DNA from: an uncultured Rickettsiales bacterium
Lineage (GTDB): Bacteria; Myxococcota_A; UBA796; UBA9615
DNA: 64,000 nucleotides
Direction: 5' to 3'
NCBI GenBank assembly: GCA_964490445.1
Contig: CAZBDA010000011.1
Location: 2,252 to 66,251, forward strand
Below, in pieces: positions 1 through 9,994 of the stretch. The notes beneath the pieces were generated by a model. That model did no database searches and was not told the origin of the DNA. It saw nothing but the letters and a program-made list of their open reading frames with translations. The translations under genes were made by a program, and so were the position numbers. The number at the start of each line of letters is the position of its first letter. Within the stretch, counting starts at the first letter, position 1.

Positions 1-2
1 GG

Positions 3-599
3 TACCCCGTCGGGGAGGAGGCCGGCATACGTGACAAGCGCACCTTCCATCGCTGGGACATCGCCGCTGCCTACGCCTTTGCCGGGCGCCGCATCAACGT
101 CGGCTTGAGCGGCCGGGTGCTGCGCAAGGAATACGAGATCAAAGACGACTCCGTTCGCTTCTCGATGGATGCAGGCGCTGTCTTCTATCCATTCAAGTTC
201 CTGGGAGTCTCGGTCTCGAGCCAGAACATGATTCCCACCAAGGACAGTCTCTACCCGACCCGACTCTCTACGGGGCTTGGGCTCCGACTGCCGCCGATAC
301 TCCGTGTCGCGGTGGACGTAGTATTCGACTTCACCAGCGGCCCAAAGCCCACCACAGACCTGCACGGCGGCTTCGAGATCCGCTTTTTCAACATCGCGTC
401 CGTCAGGCTGGGCTACTACAGCGACCGCCAGTTCACGGAGAACTACATCACCTGGGGCCTGGGCATCGACTCGGAGCGGGTCCGGATCTCGTACGCCATG
501 CGCATCGAAGCCGGGCCGATCGATGTGAAGCTACGCGAGGACATCACCGAGGAAGGCAATCGCATCCTCAACAGCGTCGGCCTGGACATGAAGTTCTGA
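3..599 (+). CDS. Outer-membrane beta-barrel protein (PorV/PorQ-like), 5'-truncated by window edge
   Basis: Frame is open from position 3 (YPVGEEAGIRDK...). Amphipathic beta-strand pattern (SVRLGY, WGLGID, ISYAM) and C-terminal Phe (GLDMKF) resemble a beta-signal. Confidence 0.55.
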   Translation, partial: YPVGEEAGIRDKRTFHRWDIAAAYAFAGRRINVGLSGRVLRKEYEIKDDSVRFSMDAGAVFYPFKFLGVSVSSQNMIPTKDSLYPTRLSTGLGLRLPPILRVAVDVVFDFTSGPKPTTDLHGGFEIRFFNIASVRLGYYSDRQFTENYITWGLGIDSERVRISYAMRIEAGPIDVKLREDITEEGNRILNSVGLDMKF

Positions 600-611
600 G
601 GCCGACCCGTC

Positions 612-1463
612 ATGCCTGTGCAAGTCGCCGTCGTCATTCCGGCCGCACCTCGATCTGCGTACCTCTCAAATGCCATCGAGTCCGTACTCCGCGAGGACGT
701 CACCTGCGTGTACGTCGTCTCGGAGCAACCACCTGCGTCCTTGGCCTGGGAGGGCTCCTCCAGTAGTGGCGGCTGGATCGAAGTGGACGCCGACCTGGGC
801 TTTGGAGCCCGTGCCAATGCGGGCATCGCCGCCGCGCGAAGCGATGGCTTCGAGCGGGTTCTTCTTCTCAACGACGACACCACGGGCCAGCCCGACTCGC
901 TACGGCTCCTGACCGACGCCCTGGACACGCCGGGGGTCGGAGTTGCCGGTGCAGTACTGGTGGAGTGGAGCGAGGACCGGGTGCAGTTGTCTGGCATCAA
1001 GATCCATGAGCCCAGTAGCAGAATCCGCGTGCTCGACGAGGAGCCCGGCAGTGGTTGCCACGAAAGGGATGCCGTAAGTGGTGCTGCCATGCTCCTCGAC
1101 CTTGCTACCTGGGAACAACTCAGCGGCTTCTGCGAAGACTTCACCTTTTACTTCGAGGACATCGACTACTGCCGAAGAGCCCGTGAAGCGGGCGTCGGTG
1201 TCGTGATCTGCGGAGGTGCTCGGGTGCGGCACCACGGCGGAGGAACCCGCAAGCACAACAGCCGCGAAGCCGCCTGGCACGTCGCCCGTAGCCAGGTGCT
1301 GTTCGCGCGCCGCCTGGGCGGTGGTCCGCTGGCCCGCAGCGGCCGGGCACTGACCGCTGCCGCGCTCGGAATTGGCTGGACGCTGCGCACGCAGGGACCA
1401 GGGGGGCTTCCGTCCAGTGCAATGGGGGCAGTCTCGGGCCTGCTATGGTCACGGCGCCCATGA
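612..1463 (+). CDS. Glycosyltransferase family 2 (WbbL/RfbF-like)
   Basis: LGFGARANAG, LLLNDDT, VSGAAMLL, FTFYFEDIDYCRR, VRHHGG motifs. Confidence 0.9.
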   Translation: MPVQVAVVIPAAPRSAYLSNAIESVLREDVTCVYVVSEQPPASLAWEGSSSSGGWIEVDADLGFGARANAGIAAARSDGFERVLLLNDDTTGQPDSLRLLTDALDTPGVGVAGAVLVEWSEDRVQLSGIKIHEPSSRIRVLDEEPGSGCHERDAVSGAAMLLDLATWEQLSGFCEDFTFYFEDIDYCRRAREAGVGVVICGGARVRHHGGGTRKHNSREAAWHVARSQVLFARRLGGGPLARSGRALTAAALGIGWTLRTQGPGGLPSSAMGAVSGLLWSRRP

Positions 1464-3490
1464 GCGCGTCCTCCCATCCCCACTACCCCCACCTGCTTTC
1501 GCCTCTGCAGGTGGGCAGCATCACGCTGCCCAACCGAGTCCTCATGGGTTCCATGCACGTCGGACTCGAAGAGGAGCGCGGCCGCCTGCAGAAGATGGCA
1601 GCCTACTTCGCGGCGCGTGCACGCGGCGGAGTGGGCCTGATCGTCACCGGAGGGATCGCCCCCAACCGTGCCGGGCAGGCCAAGCCCTTTGCTGCCAAGC
1701 TGACCAACCGCTACGAGCGTTGGAAACACCGGTGCGTCGCCGACGCGGTGCACGCCGAGGGCGGCCGGATCGCCATGCAGATCCTGCACACCGGCCGCTA
1801 CGCCTACCAACCCTTTGCTGTGGCTCCCAGCGCTCTGCGATCACCGATCAGCCTGTTCACTCCCAAAGCGCTGTCCGAGCGTGGCATCGAGCAGACCATC
1901 TCGGACTACGCCAACTGCGCGAGGCTGGCCCAGGAAGCGGGTTACGACGGTGTAGAGGTGATGGGCTCCGAGGGCTATCTCATCAACCAGTTCCTGGTCA
2001 CCCACACCAACAAGCGCGAAGACCGCTGGGGCGGGGAGTTCCCGAATCGCATGCGTCTGCCGGTAGAGATCGTCAAACGCACCCGCGAGGCGGTGGGAGA
2101 CGACTTCATCATCATCTATCGACTGTCCATGCTCGACCTGGTCAAGCACGGCTCTTCCTGGGACGAGATCGTGCTCCTGGGCAAGGCCATCGAGGAGGCC
2201 GGCGCCAGCATCATCAACACCGGCATCGGTTGGCACGAGGCACGGATCCCCACCATCGCTACCATGGTGCCGCGTGCCGCCTACAGTTGGGTAACTGCCC
2301 GACTCAAGGGCGAAGTAAGCATCCCGCTGGTCACATCCAACCGCATCAACATGCCCGACGTCGCCGAGCAGGTGCTCGCGAGCGGCGATGCCGACATTGT
2401 CTCAATGGCACGCCCATTGCTCGCCGATCCGGACTGGGTCCACAAGGCCGAACAGGGGCGAAACGATGAGATCAACACCTGCATTGCCTGCAACCAGGCC
2501 TGCCTGGATCTGATCTTTCAGAACAAGCGCGCCACCTGCATGGTCAATCCGCTCGCCTGCTACGAAACTGAGATCGACATCCAGCCGGCGACGACGGTGC
2601 AGCGGATTGCGGTGGTCGGAGCCGGTCCGGCAGGCCTCGCCTACGCCACCACGGCCGCATCGCGTGGCCACAAAGTCACACTCTTCGAAGCGGGCGACTC
2701 CGTCGGGGGCCAGTTCCACATGGCCAGGCGCGTTCCCGGCAAGGAGGAGTTCAATGAGACGCTGCGCTACTACCGAAAGCAGATCGAGTTGACCGGAGTC
2801 GTGCTGCGCCTGAACACACGCGCCTCTGTGGACATCCTCAAAGAAGACTTCGACCGCGTCATCCTCGCCACCGGCGTACACCCGCGCAAGATCGAGTTGC
2901 CGGGCATCGAGCACAGCAAGGTGCTGACCTACGTGGATGTCATCCTGCACGGCAAGGAGGTGGGACAGAAGGTCGCCATCATCGGGGCTGGCGGAATCGG
3001 CTTCGACGTGGCCGAGTTCCTTACCCACAGCCACGCGGAGGCTTCGCCGATTGATGCCTACCTCGACGAGTGGGGCATCGACCGGGACATGTCACAACGA
3101 GGTGGACTCAAGGCTGCGGTTCGACCCGAACCACAGCGACAGGTCACCCTGTGTCAGCGCAGGGCCGGCAAGCTGGGAGCCAATCTGGGCAAGACCACCG
3201 GCTGGATCCATCGCACGGCTCTCAAGCAACGCAAGGTCAAGATGCTGTCCAACTGCAGCTACGAGAAGATCGACGACCAGGGGCTCCACCTGAAGGTGGG
3301 TGACAGCAGCGAGTTGCTCGAGGTGGACAGCGTCATCATCTGTGCCGGCCAGGTACCCGCCCGCGAGTTGCTACAGCCTCTCAAGGAAGCTGGAATCACC
3401 ACTCAACTCATCGGCGGCGCTGACGACGCGGGCGAGTTGGATGCGCGCCGGGCGATCGACCAGGGGACCCGGATGGCTGCGGTCGTCTGA
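1460..3490 (+). CDS. fadH: NADPH-dependent 2,4-dienoyl-CoA reductase
   Basis: NRVLMGSMH, GSEGYLINQF, WHEARIPTI, CIACNQAC Fe-S motif, VVGAGPAG Rossmann fold. ATG at 1460 overlaps the GT2 stop (ATGA). Confidence 0.95.
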   Translation: MSASSHPHYPHLLSPLQVGSITLPNRVLMGSMHVGLEEERGRLQKMAAYFAARARGGVGLIVTGGIAPNRAGQAKPFAAKLTNRYERWKHRCVADAVHAEGGRIAMQILHTGRYAYQPFAVAPSALRSPISLFTPKALSERGIEQTISDYANCARLAQEAGYDGVEVMGSEGYLINQFLVTHTNKREDRWGGEFPNRMRLPVEIVKRTREAVGDDFIIIYRLSMLDLVKHGSSWDEIVLLGKAIEEAGASIINTGIGWHEARIPTIATMVPRAAYSWVTARLKGEVSIPLVTSNRINMPDVAEQVLASGDADIVSMARPLLADPDWVHKAEQGRNDEINTCIACNQACLDLIFQNKRATCMVNPLACYETEIDIQPATTVQRIAVVGAGPAGLAYATTAASRGHKVTLFEAGDSVGGQFHMARRVPGKEEFNETLRYYRKQIELTGVVLRLNTRASVDILKEDFDRVILATGVHPRKIELPGIEHSKVLTYVDVILHGKEVGQKVAIIGAGGIGFDVAEFLTHSHAEASPIDAYLDEWGIDRDMSQRGGLKAAVRPEPQRQVTLCQRRAGKLGANLGKTTGWIHRTALKQRKVKMLSNCSYEKIDDQGLHLKVGDSSELLEVDSVIICAGQVPARELLQPLKEAGITTQLIGGADDAGELDARRAIDQGTRMAAVV

Positions 3491-3558
3491 AGCACAGGCA
3501 AGGTCTCCACGAAGAGGGCCCTGCTTGCAGCAGGCAAACCGACAGCTCGCGCGGCGGG

Positions 3559-5532
3559 CTACTGTGCAGCCTCGACCTCAACCAGCACCTGGCCGCGGGC
3601 GACCTGGTCATCGACTGCCACTGAGATCGCCGTAACAGTCCCGTCGCACGGGCTGCTCACAATGGTCTCCAGCTTCATTGCTTCGAGAACCAGCAGCGGC
3701 TGGCCGGCAGTCACGCTCGCGCCGGGCTCGACGTGCACCGCCGCCACGCGGCCTGCGAGGGGCGAGCGCACCTTGCCGTCACCGGCCCCGGCAGCTGATT
3801 CCGCACCCGGCAGGTGGCGCGTGAACCCAAAGGACAGGCCGCCCATCGCCACGAATGCGGTGCCGCCGTCAGCGGACCAGGCCACGGCCACGCTACTGCA
3901 GACGCCATCGATGGACACCCGCAAGTCCCCGTCGACATGGCCGTGCGCTTGCAGGGCAAAGGTTGTCTCAGCCACGGTGATCCGGTAGCTGAGTCCTGCT
4001 TCCGCAGCCACCCGCACTGCCTGTCGCTGGTCGCCGCAGGAGAGCTCGAGGTGAGAGACAGCGGTAGTCCCGCTACTGCGCCAGCCCGCCAGCTCACCGC
4101 GTTGCCCGGGATCGTGCACGAACAGCATTCCTGCCAACGCCCAACAGGCCGCAGCCGGCTCGGCCGCCGAATCGGTGGCAGCAAAGTCGCTCTCGAGAAA
4201 GGTCGTGGTCGCCTCGCCTGCCGCAAAGACAGGATGCGCCAGGACCCGGTCGAGAAAGGCACCGTTGTGCTGAACACCGAGCAGTCGGGTACCGCGCAGG
4301 GCTCCTCTCAAGCGGCGACAGGCGGCCGCCCGGTCGTCTCCCCAGGCGATGACCTTGGCCAGCATCGGGTCGTACCAGGCGGAAATCTCCTGGCCCTCGC
4401 AGATGCCGCCGTCGCAACGGACGCCCTCGCCCGCGGCAGGGGTCCAGCGCAGCACCGTGCCCGTCTGCGGCATGAAGCCCTGGTCAGGGTCTTCCGCGTA
4501 CAGTCGGGCCTCGATGGAGTGCCCCGTCAAGCTGATGTCCTCCTGGCTGAGACCAAGAGGCTCGCCGGCAGCAACACGCAACTGCATGTCCACCAGGTCC
4601 AGTCCCGTCACCATTTCGGTAACCGGGTGCTCGACCTGCAGGCGGGTGTTCATCTCGAGGAAGTAGAAAGAGCCATCGGCGGCCAGCAGGAACTCCACGG
4701 TGCCGGCACCGAGGTAGTTGACCGCTGCTGCCGCATCAACTGCGGCCTCGCCGAGGCGCGCACGCAGCTTCGCATCGACAGCCGGGCACGGACTCTCCTC
4801 GATGACTTTCTGGTGCCGGCGCTGTACTGAGCAATCGCGCTCTCCCAGGTGCAGCACGGTGCCGTGACTGTCGGCCATCACCTGGACCTCGACGTGACGG
4901 CCCCCCTGGATCAGCTTCTCCATGAGCAGGTCGCCCGAGCCGAAAGCCGCCAGCGCCTCGGCACCTGCCGACTCCAGGGCAGCAGGCAGATCCGTAGCAG
5001 ACTCCACTCTGCGCATTCCCCGGCCGCCGCCACCAGCAGAGGCCTTCACCAGCAGCGGATAGCCGATGCCGTCAGCAGCCGCCACGAGATCGTCGATGGA
5101 AGCACTGCCCTGGTCCTCCCAGCGGTGACCGGGCACACAGGGAACTCCCGCCGCCTCCATCCGCGCCTTCGCCTGCGACTTGTCTCCCATCACCGAAATC
5201 GCTTCGGCGCCAGGACCGATGAAGGTGATATTGGCCGCCGCACAGGCCTCGGCAAAGGCCGCGTTCTCGGACAGGAAGCCGTAGCCTGGATGAATGGCGT
5301 CGGCACCAGTTCGTGCCGCGGCGTCGAGGATGCTGTTGATGTCCAGGTAGGACTCCGCCGCGGTGGGTGGGCCGATACAAACGCTCTGATCCGCCAGGCG
5401 GACGTGAGGAGCGCCCGCATCAGCAGAGCTGAACACCGCCACGGTCTCGTAGCCCGCTGCGCGTGCGCTGCGGAACACGCGGCAGGCGATCTCACCACGG
5501 TTGGCAACCAGTACCTTGTGAAAATCAGCCAA
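3559..5532 (-). CDS. Biotin-dependent acyl-CoA carboxylase alpha subunit (geranyl-CoA carboxylase AtuF-like)
   Basis: ANRGEIACR, GGGGRGMR, ERDCSVQRRHQK, EMNTRLQVEH; C-terminal biotinyl motif EAMKLE. TTG start with AAGGA SD. Confidence 0.9.
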   Translation of the reverse strand: MADFHKVLVANRGEIACRVFRSARAAGYETVAVFSSADAGAPHVRLADQSVCIGPPTAAESYLDINSILDAAARTGADAIHPGYGFLSENAAFAEACAAANITFIGPGAEAISVMGDKSQAKARMEAAGVPCVPGHRWEDQGSASIDDLVAAADGIGYPLLVKASAGGGGRGMRRVESATDLPAALESAGAEALAAFGSGDLLMEKLIQGGRHVEVQVMADSHGTVLHLGERDCSVQRRHQKVIEESPCPAVDAKLRARLGEAAVDAAAAVNYLGAGTVEFLLAADGSFYFLEMNTRLQVEHPVTEMVTGLDLVDMQLRVAAGEPLGLSQEDISLTGHSIEARLYAEDPDQGFMPQTGTVLRWTPAAGEGVRCDGGICEGQEISAWYDPMLAKVIAWGDDRAAACRRLRGALRGTRLLGVQHNGAFLDRVLAHPVFAAGEATTTFLESDFAATDSAAEPAAACWALAGMLFVHDPGQRGELAGWRSSGTTAVSHLELSCGDQRQAVRVAAEAGLSYRITVAETTFALQAHGHVDGDLRVSIDGVCSSVAVAWSADGGTAFVAMGGLSFGFTRHLPGAESAAGAGDGKVRSPLAGRVAAVHVEPGASVTAGQPLLVLEAMKLETIVSSPCDGTVTAISVAVDDQVARGQVLVEVEAAQ

Positions 5533-5550
5533 CGACTCGTCCTTGTCTGC

Positions 5551-7161
5551 CTAGAAGCGGGCTACGCCGAAACTGTTGGGTCTCAACGCGCGGCAGTCCG
5601 CTTCCTGGCTGGTTGCCAGCGTAAACGCCAGGACACGGCGGGTGTCGCGTGGATCGATGAGTCCATCGTCCCAGACCCTCGCCGTTCCGAACAGGGCCCC
5701 AGCCTCCTTGTCGAGCTTGTCGCGCAGCTCTCCGGCCATGTAGGCGAGCGCCTCTTCCTCCAGGTTCATGCCCTGGCGCGCAAACTTGGCGCGGGTAATG
5801 ATCTCCATGACCTTGGCAGCCTGGGAGCCGCCCATCACAGCGACCTGGGCGTTCGGCCAGGCGAATATGAAACGGGGGTCAAACGAGCGACCGCACATGC
5901 CGTAATTGCCCGCTCCGTAGCCGCCGCCGAGGATGATGGTGATCTGCGGCACCGATGCGTTGGCCACCGCCTGGATCATCTTCGCGCCATGCTTGATGGC
6001 ACCCTTCTGTTCGGCCTCCCTGCCGACCATGTAGCCGGTCGTGTTCTGCAGGTAGACGATGGCGACCCCGGACTGGCAGCACAACTGGATGAACTGGGCG
6101 GCTTTTGTCGCCCCTTCCGGCTGGATGGGGCCGGCGTTGCCGACGATGCCGATGCTACGACCTTCGATGGCGGCGTGGCCGCACACGGTGTCGGAGCCAT
6201 AGCCCGCCTTGAACTCCAGGAAGTCCGAGTCGTCGACGATGCGGGCGATGACCTCGCGCACGTCGTAGGGATGCCGCGTATTGACGGGGACGATGCCGCA
6301 CAATTCGTCGATGTCGTAGCGCGGCGGTCGGCACGACGCTGCCGTCGGCGACCGGTCCCATGGCAACTTCTCTACCAACTCGCGGGCCAGGTGAAGGGCG
6401 TGCCCGTCGTCCTCTGCGAGGTACTCCCCGAGGCCAGAGATCGTGGCGTGCATCTCGGCGCCACCCAGTTCCTCGTCAGTAGCCTCTTCGCCGATGGCAG
6501 CCTTGACCAGCGGCGGCCCGGCCAGGAACACCTTCGCCTTGCCGCGAACCAGGACCACGTAGTCACTCAGACCAGGAATATAGGCCCCACCTGCGGTCGA
6601 GGACCCGTGCACGATGGTGATCTGGGGGATGCCTGCCGCCGACATCCGCGCCATGTTGCAGAACACCTTTCCGCCCTCGACGAACAGCTCGCTCTGGTAG
6701 GCCAGGTTGGCGCCGCCGCTCTCGACCATGGTGACGATCGGCAGCTTGTTTTCGATGGCGATCTGCTGCGCACGCAACGTCTTCTTGAGACCCATGGGCG
6801 AGGTCGTCCCCCCCTTGATGGCGCTGTCGCTGGCAACCACCAGGCAGCGAACGCCGGCGACAAAACCGATGCCGATGACATTGCCGCCACCCATCGCCTT
6901 GTCGCCACCGACATCGTCGTGCATCTTCAGCCCCGCCAGGCTGGACAGTTCCAAAAAGGGCATGCCCGGATCGAGAAGTTGGTCCACCCGCTCTCGGGGC
7001 ATCAGTTGACCACGCTTCTCGAACCTGCCGCGGCGCGTCTCGCCGTAGGCCCGGACATTCTCCTCCAGCTCCCGGTAGGCCTCGACCAACTGCAGCATTG
7101 CAGCGCGATCGCTCGCGTACTGCTCACTGCGGGTATCAATACTGGATTCGATGACGGGCAT
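5551..7161 (-). CDS. Acyl-CoA carboxylase beta (carboxyltransferase) subunit, geranyl-CoA carboxylase AtuC-like
   Basis: FEKRGQLMPRERV, FLELSSLAG, SAIKGGT, HGSSTAGGAY, GGAEMH, WDDGLIDPRDTR. Start placed at MPVIESS. As recalled, closer to AtuC than to MCC-beta. Confidence 0.88.
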   Translation of the reverse strand: MPVIESSIDTRSEQYASDRAAMLQLVEAYRELEENVRAYGETRRGRFEKRGQLMPRERVDQLLDPGMPFLELSSLAGLKMHDDVGGDKAMGGGNVIGIGFVAGVRCLVVASDSAIKGGTTSPMGLKKTLRAQQIAIENKLPIVTMVESGGANLAYQSELFVEGGKVFCNMARMSAAGIPQITIVHGSSTAGGAYIPGLSDYVVLVRGKAKVFLAGPPLVKAAIGEEATDEELGGAEMHATISGLGEYLAEDDGHALHLARELVEKLPWDRSPTAASCRPPRYDIDELCGIVPVNTRHPYDVREVIARIVDDSDFLEFKAGYGSDTVCGHAAIEGRSIGIVGNAGPIQPEGATKAAQFIQLCCQSGVAIVYLQNTTGYMVGREAEQKGAIKHGAKMIQAVANASVPQITIILGGGYGAGNYGMCGRSFDPRFIFAWPNAQVAVMGGSQAAKVMEIITRAKFARQGMNLEEEALAYMAGELRDKLDKEAGALFGTARVWDDGLIDPRDTRRVLAFTLATSQEADCRALRPNSFGVARF

Positions 7162-7225
7162 AGCGACTCGGCGGGAATCGTACTCGCTTTCGACGATGCG
7201 ATCGACCCGTTGGCCTTCGCAGCAC

Positions 7226-8266
7226 TCAGCAACCCGCCGGGCGCCGTGCCAATGCACGCAGACCAACCCGGTGGCGACGCACTCGCGCACGCCACTGGCT
7301 GGGCTCGAGACCACCGAGTTCAGCCACCAGCCGATTGCTGCAACGACGGCGGGCAATGCTACCGGGCAGATCGAGGACTGCCGCCCCCTGGGCCGCCGCC
7401 ACCACCAGCGGCAACAGCAGGCGTTGGCGCGGAGTCCAGGACGCCGCGAGACCTCTACCGCCGCTACCCTGCACGGCGAACAGTCCGTGGCGCGCGAGGG
7501 TCCACAGGGGAGATGCCAGCAGCCAACTCTTCGGTAGGTGTGTCACTGCGACTCGCTGCCTGTTGCGCTCCACGAGAAACACCTTGCGCAGGCTGAGCGC
7601 TCCGAACGAAGCGCCCACAGCGTGACGTACCACCGCACTCGGGACGTACCTACAGCAAAGCCCGAGGCGGGCGGCCCGCAGCGACAGATCAGCGTCCTCA
7701 CCGTAGCCAAAGTAGCGCCCGTCGAGCGCGCCGATCCGGCTCAGGACGGAACGACGGATAAGCACCGCCGCACCAGAGAACAACAGCACGTCTTCCTCCT
7801 CGAGGTAGCGCCCAGCCGCCGGCTCACCGCGACCACGACACCAGTTGAGCCCGTCCGGGTAGAGGCCATGACCACAATTGTCGAGGTGGTCCGGACGGTC
7901 GCGCAGCAGCAGCCGGGCTGCAGCAATGTCGGCGCCACCACGCAGCGCTGCGACCAGTTCGCCCAGGCAGCGACTCTCGACCTCGGCATCGGGATTCAGC
8001 AACAGCAGGAACTCGCCGCGCGCAACCGCCAGACCAGCATTGGCACCCGTGGCGAAGCCCTGGTTGCGGGCAAGGCGAACGACCCGCATCGGCAACTGCC
8101 CTGAGCTGTTCTGCCACTGCGTCAACGCAGCATCGACGCCACCATCGCTGGAACCGTTATCCACGAGTACGATCTCGAGTTGCCGATACTCCTGGCCCTG
8201 GAGCGCCTCGACGCAGCGCTGCAGGTCCTCGCAGCCGCGGTAGTGCACGATGACTGCCGACAGCAA
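7226..8266 (-). CDS. Glycosyltransferase family 2
   Basis: VLVDNGSSDG, NQGFATGAN, LLLNPDA, FSGAAVLIRR, YGEDADLSLR. Start codon uncertain. Confidence 0.88.
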   Translation of the reverse strand: MLSAVIVHYRGCEDLQRCVEALQGQEYRQLEIVLVDNGSSDGGVDAALTQWQNSSGQLPMRVVRLARNQGFATGANAGLAVARGEFLLLLNPDAEVESRCLGELVAALRGGADIAAARLLLRDRPDHLDNCGHGLYPDGLNWCRGRGEPAAGRYLEEEDVLLFSGAAVLIRRSVLSRIGALDGRYFGYGEDADLSLRAARLGLCCRYVPSAVVRHAVGASFGALSLRKVFLVERNRQRVAVTHLPKSWLLASPLWTLARHGLFAVQGSGGRGLAASWTPRQRLLLPLVVAAAQGAAVLDLPGSIARRRCSNRLVAELGGLEPSQWRARVRRHRVGLRALARRPAGC

Positions 8267-8422
8267 TCCGGGCTCACCGCTTGCGGATACTGCAGGGGCG
8301 AAAAGGTAGCTGATCGCACAAGCCTCCCTGCTCGGTCTGCCCCTACGGACGGGTTCGCGGTAGAGTCGCGGCGCGCCCTTGAATCAAGACCGGAGCGCAC
8401 CGATCCTACGGGAGAGACCTGG

Positions 8423-8845
8423 ATGTTCAAGAGATTGCACCACGTCGGCATCGCCGTCACCTCTCTGGACGACGGCGGCAAGGCCTGGGGACCCGATGGA
8501 CTCGGCCTCGTCGAAGAGGGCCGGGAGGATGTCGTGTCCGCCGCTACACGGGTAGCGATGTTCCCCGTCGGTGAGAGCCGCGTCGAACTGCTCGAAGCCA
8601 TGGGCGAGGACACACCGGTAGGCAAGTTCCTCGCGAAACGCGGCCCGGGAATTCACCACCTGTGTTTCGAGGTCGATGACATCGAAGCCGAGATCGCTCG
8701 CATAAGCGCAGCCGGAATGCGCGTGCTCGGCGATGCACCCAGCCCCGGAGCTCACGGCTCGCTGGTCGCCTTCATCCACCCGGCAGACACCGGGGGAGTG
8801 CTGGTCGAACTGAACCAGTTCGCCGATTCACCACGGGACGGGTAG
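8423..8845 (+). CDS. mce: Methylmalonyl-CoA epimerase (VOC fold)
   Basis: HHVGIAV, VELLEA, GIHHLCFEV, AFIHP..TGGVLVEL. GGAG SD upstream of ATG 8423. Confidence 0.85.
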   Translation: MFKRLHHVGIAVTSLDDGGKAWGPDGLGLVEEGREDVVSAATRVAMFPVGESRVELLEAMGEDTPVGKFLAKRGPGIHHLCFEVDDIEAEIARISAAGMRVLGDAPSPGAHGSLVAFIHPADTGGVLVELNQFADSPRDG

Positions 8846-8853
8846 CCCGGAAC

Positions 8854-9990
8854 GTGAACACCCGAGACCCACTCGCCGGCCTCGTACTGGCCGGCTTCGA
8901 AGGCACGCAGGCGCACTGCGAGGAAGTCGAAAGCCTCGCCGAGTTGGGCGTCGGTGGCTTCATCCTGTTCGCTCGCAATGTCGCCTCACCGCTGCAGGTC
9001 CACGGACTGCTCAGCGATCTTGGTTCGCTGTGTGCCGGCCGCGATCTGCTCCTTGCGGTAGACCAGGAGGGCGGACGAGTGGCGAGGCTGCGCAGCCCGC
9101 TGACCGAGTGGCCACCCATGGCCACACTCGGTGCCCACAACGACGAGGCACTGGCCGAACAAGTCGGCCGAGCCATGGGAGTAGAGTTGCTCTCCCTCGG
9201 CTTCAACGTGAACTTCGCACCGGTGCTCGACGTCCGCTGCGAGGACACGACCATCGCCATCGGCGATCGCTCCCTGGGCGAACAACCCGAGCGGGTGGCA
9301 CAGCTGGGCAGCGCCCTGGCGATCGGCTTGCAGAGCGCCGGGATCATGGCCTGCGCAAAGCACTTCCCCGGCCACGGCCATGTCGCCGAGGACTCCCACC
9401 ATGAACTGCCTGTCTGCCCCCTCGGCGAGCAGGAGTTGCGACGTGACCACATCGCGCCCTTTGCAGCAGCGCTACAGGCTGGCGTTGCCTCGTTCATGAC
9501 GGCGCACGTGGTCTATCCGGCGTTGGACAGCAGCCAGCCCGCAACCTTGTCGCCGCGCATCCTCGAGCAGCTACTACGAGAAGAAATGGGCTTCCAGGGA
9601 GTACTGTTCACGGACGACCTGGGCATGGGTGCCATCACCAACAACGGTACGGTTGGGGCCGCGGCCGTCGCGGCCATCCGCGCCGGGGCAGACGGGCTGC
9701 TGGTGTGTCGCCACCTGGACGCGGTGCGAGACGTACTGGCCGAACTGCGAACCACAGCAGACGCGGACCCGGGCTTCGCGCGCCGCTGCGAGCAGAGCCT
9801 CTCCCGCATCGCCGCCGCCGCCGCCCGTTTTCCGAGCCGTCCCCTGTCCGCTTCGCAACTGCCGAGCGTCCTGGGAGCAGCCGAACACCGGGCAATCGCC
9901 GAAAAACTGGGGGGGCTTGCTAGCAGCGCAAGCATCGATCCGACCCGGGGGCACGACCAACAGCGCCCGACAGCGGACCAGGAAGGCTGA
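8854..9990 (+). CDS. nagZ: Beta-N-acetylhexosaminidase (GH3)
   Basis: VDQEGGRV, NFAPVLD, KHFPGHG..EDSH, FTDDLGMGA catalytic motifs intact. Confidence 0.92.
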   Translation: MNTRDPLAGLVLAGFEGTQAHCEEVESLAELGVGGFILFARNVASPLQVHGLLSDLGSLCAGRDLLLAVDQEGGRVARLRSPLTEWPPMATLGAHNDEALAEQVGRAMGVELLSLGFNVNFAPVLDVRCEDTTIAIGDRSLGEQPERVAQLGSALAIGLQSAGIMACAKHFPGHGHVAEDSHHELPVCPLGEQELRRDHIAPFAAALQAGVASFMTAHVVYPALDSSQPATLSPRILEQLLREEMGFQGVLFTDDLGMGAITNNGTVGAAAVAAIRAGADGLLVCRHLDAVRDVLAELRTTADADPGFARRCEQSLSRIAAAAARFPSRPLSASQLPSVLGAAEHRAIAEKLGGLASSASIDPTRGHDQQRPTADQEG

Positions 9991-9994
9991 AGCA

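Noticed and set aside
7161-7356. 65-aa N-terminal extension of the carboxyltransferase in the ORF track (similar extensions on mce, NlpC, murD-like, dnaJ, psd, dsbA)
   Set aside because: Extensions overlap neighbouring genes or promoters; family similarity starts at the downstream codons I used.
4849-7596. 915-aa plus-strand ORF antisense to the carboxylase genes
   Set aside because: No family motifs; typical shadow ORF of GC-rich codon usage opposite well-supported genes.
8423-8845. VOC protein as a muropeptide epimerase because it heads the nagZ operon
   Set aside because: All motifs match ordinary methylmalonyl-CoA epimerase; no sequence evidence for a new activity.
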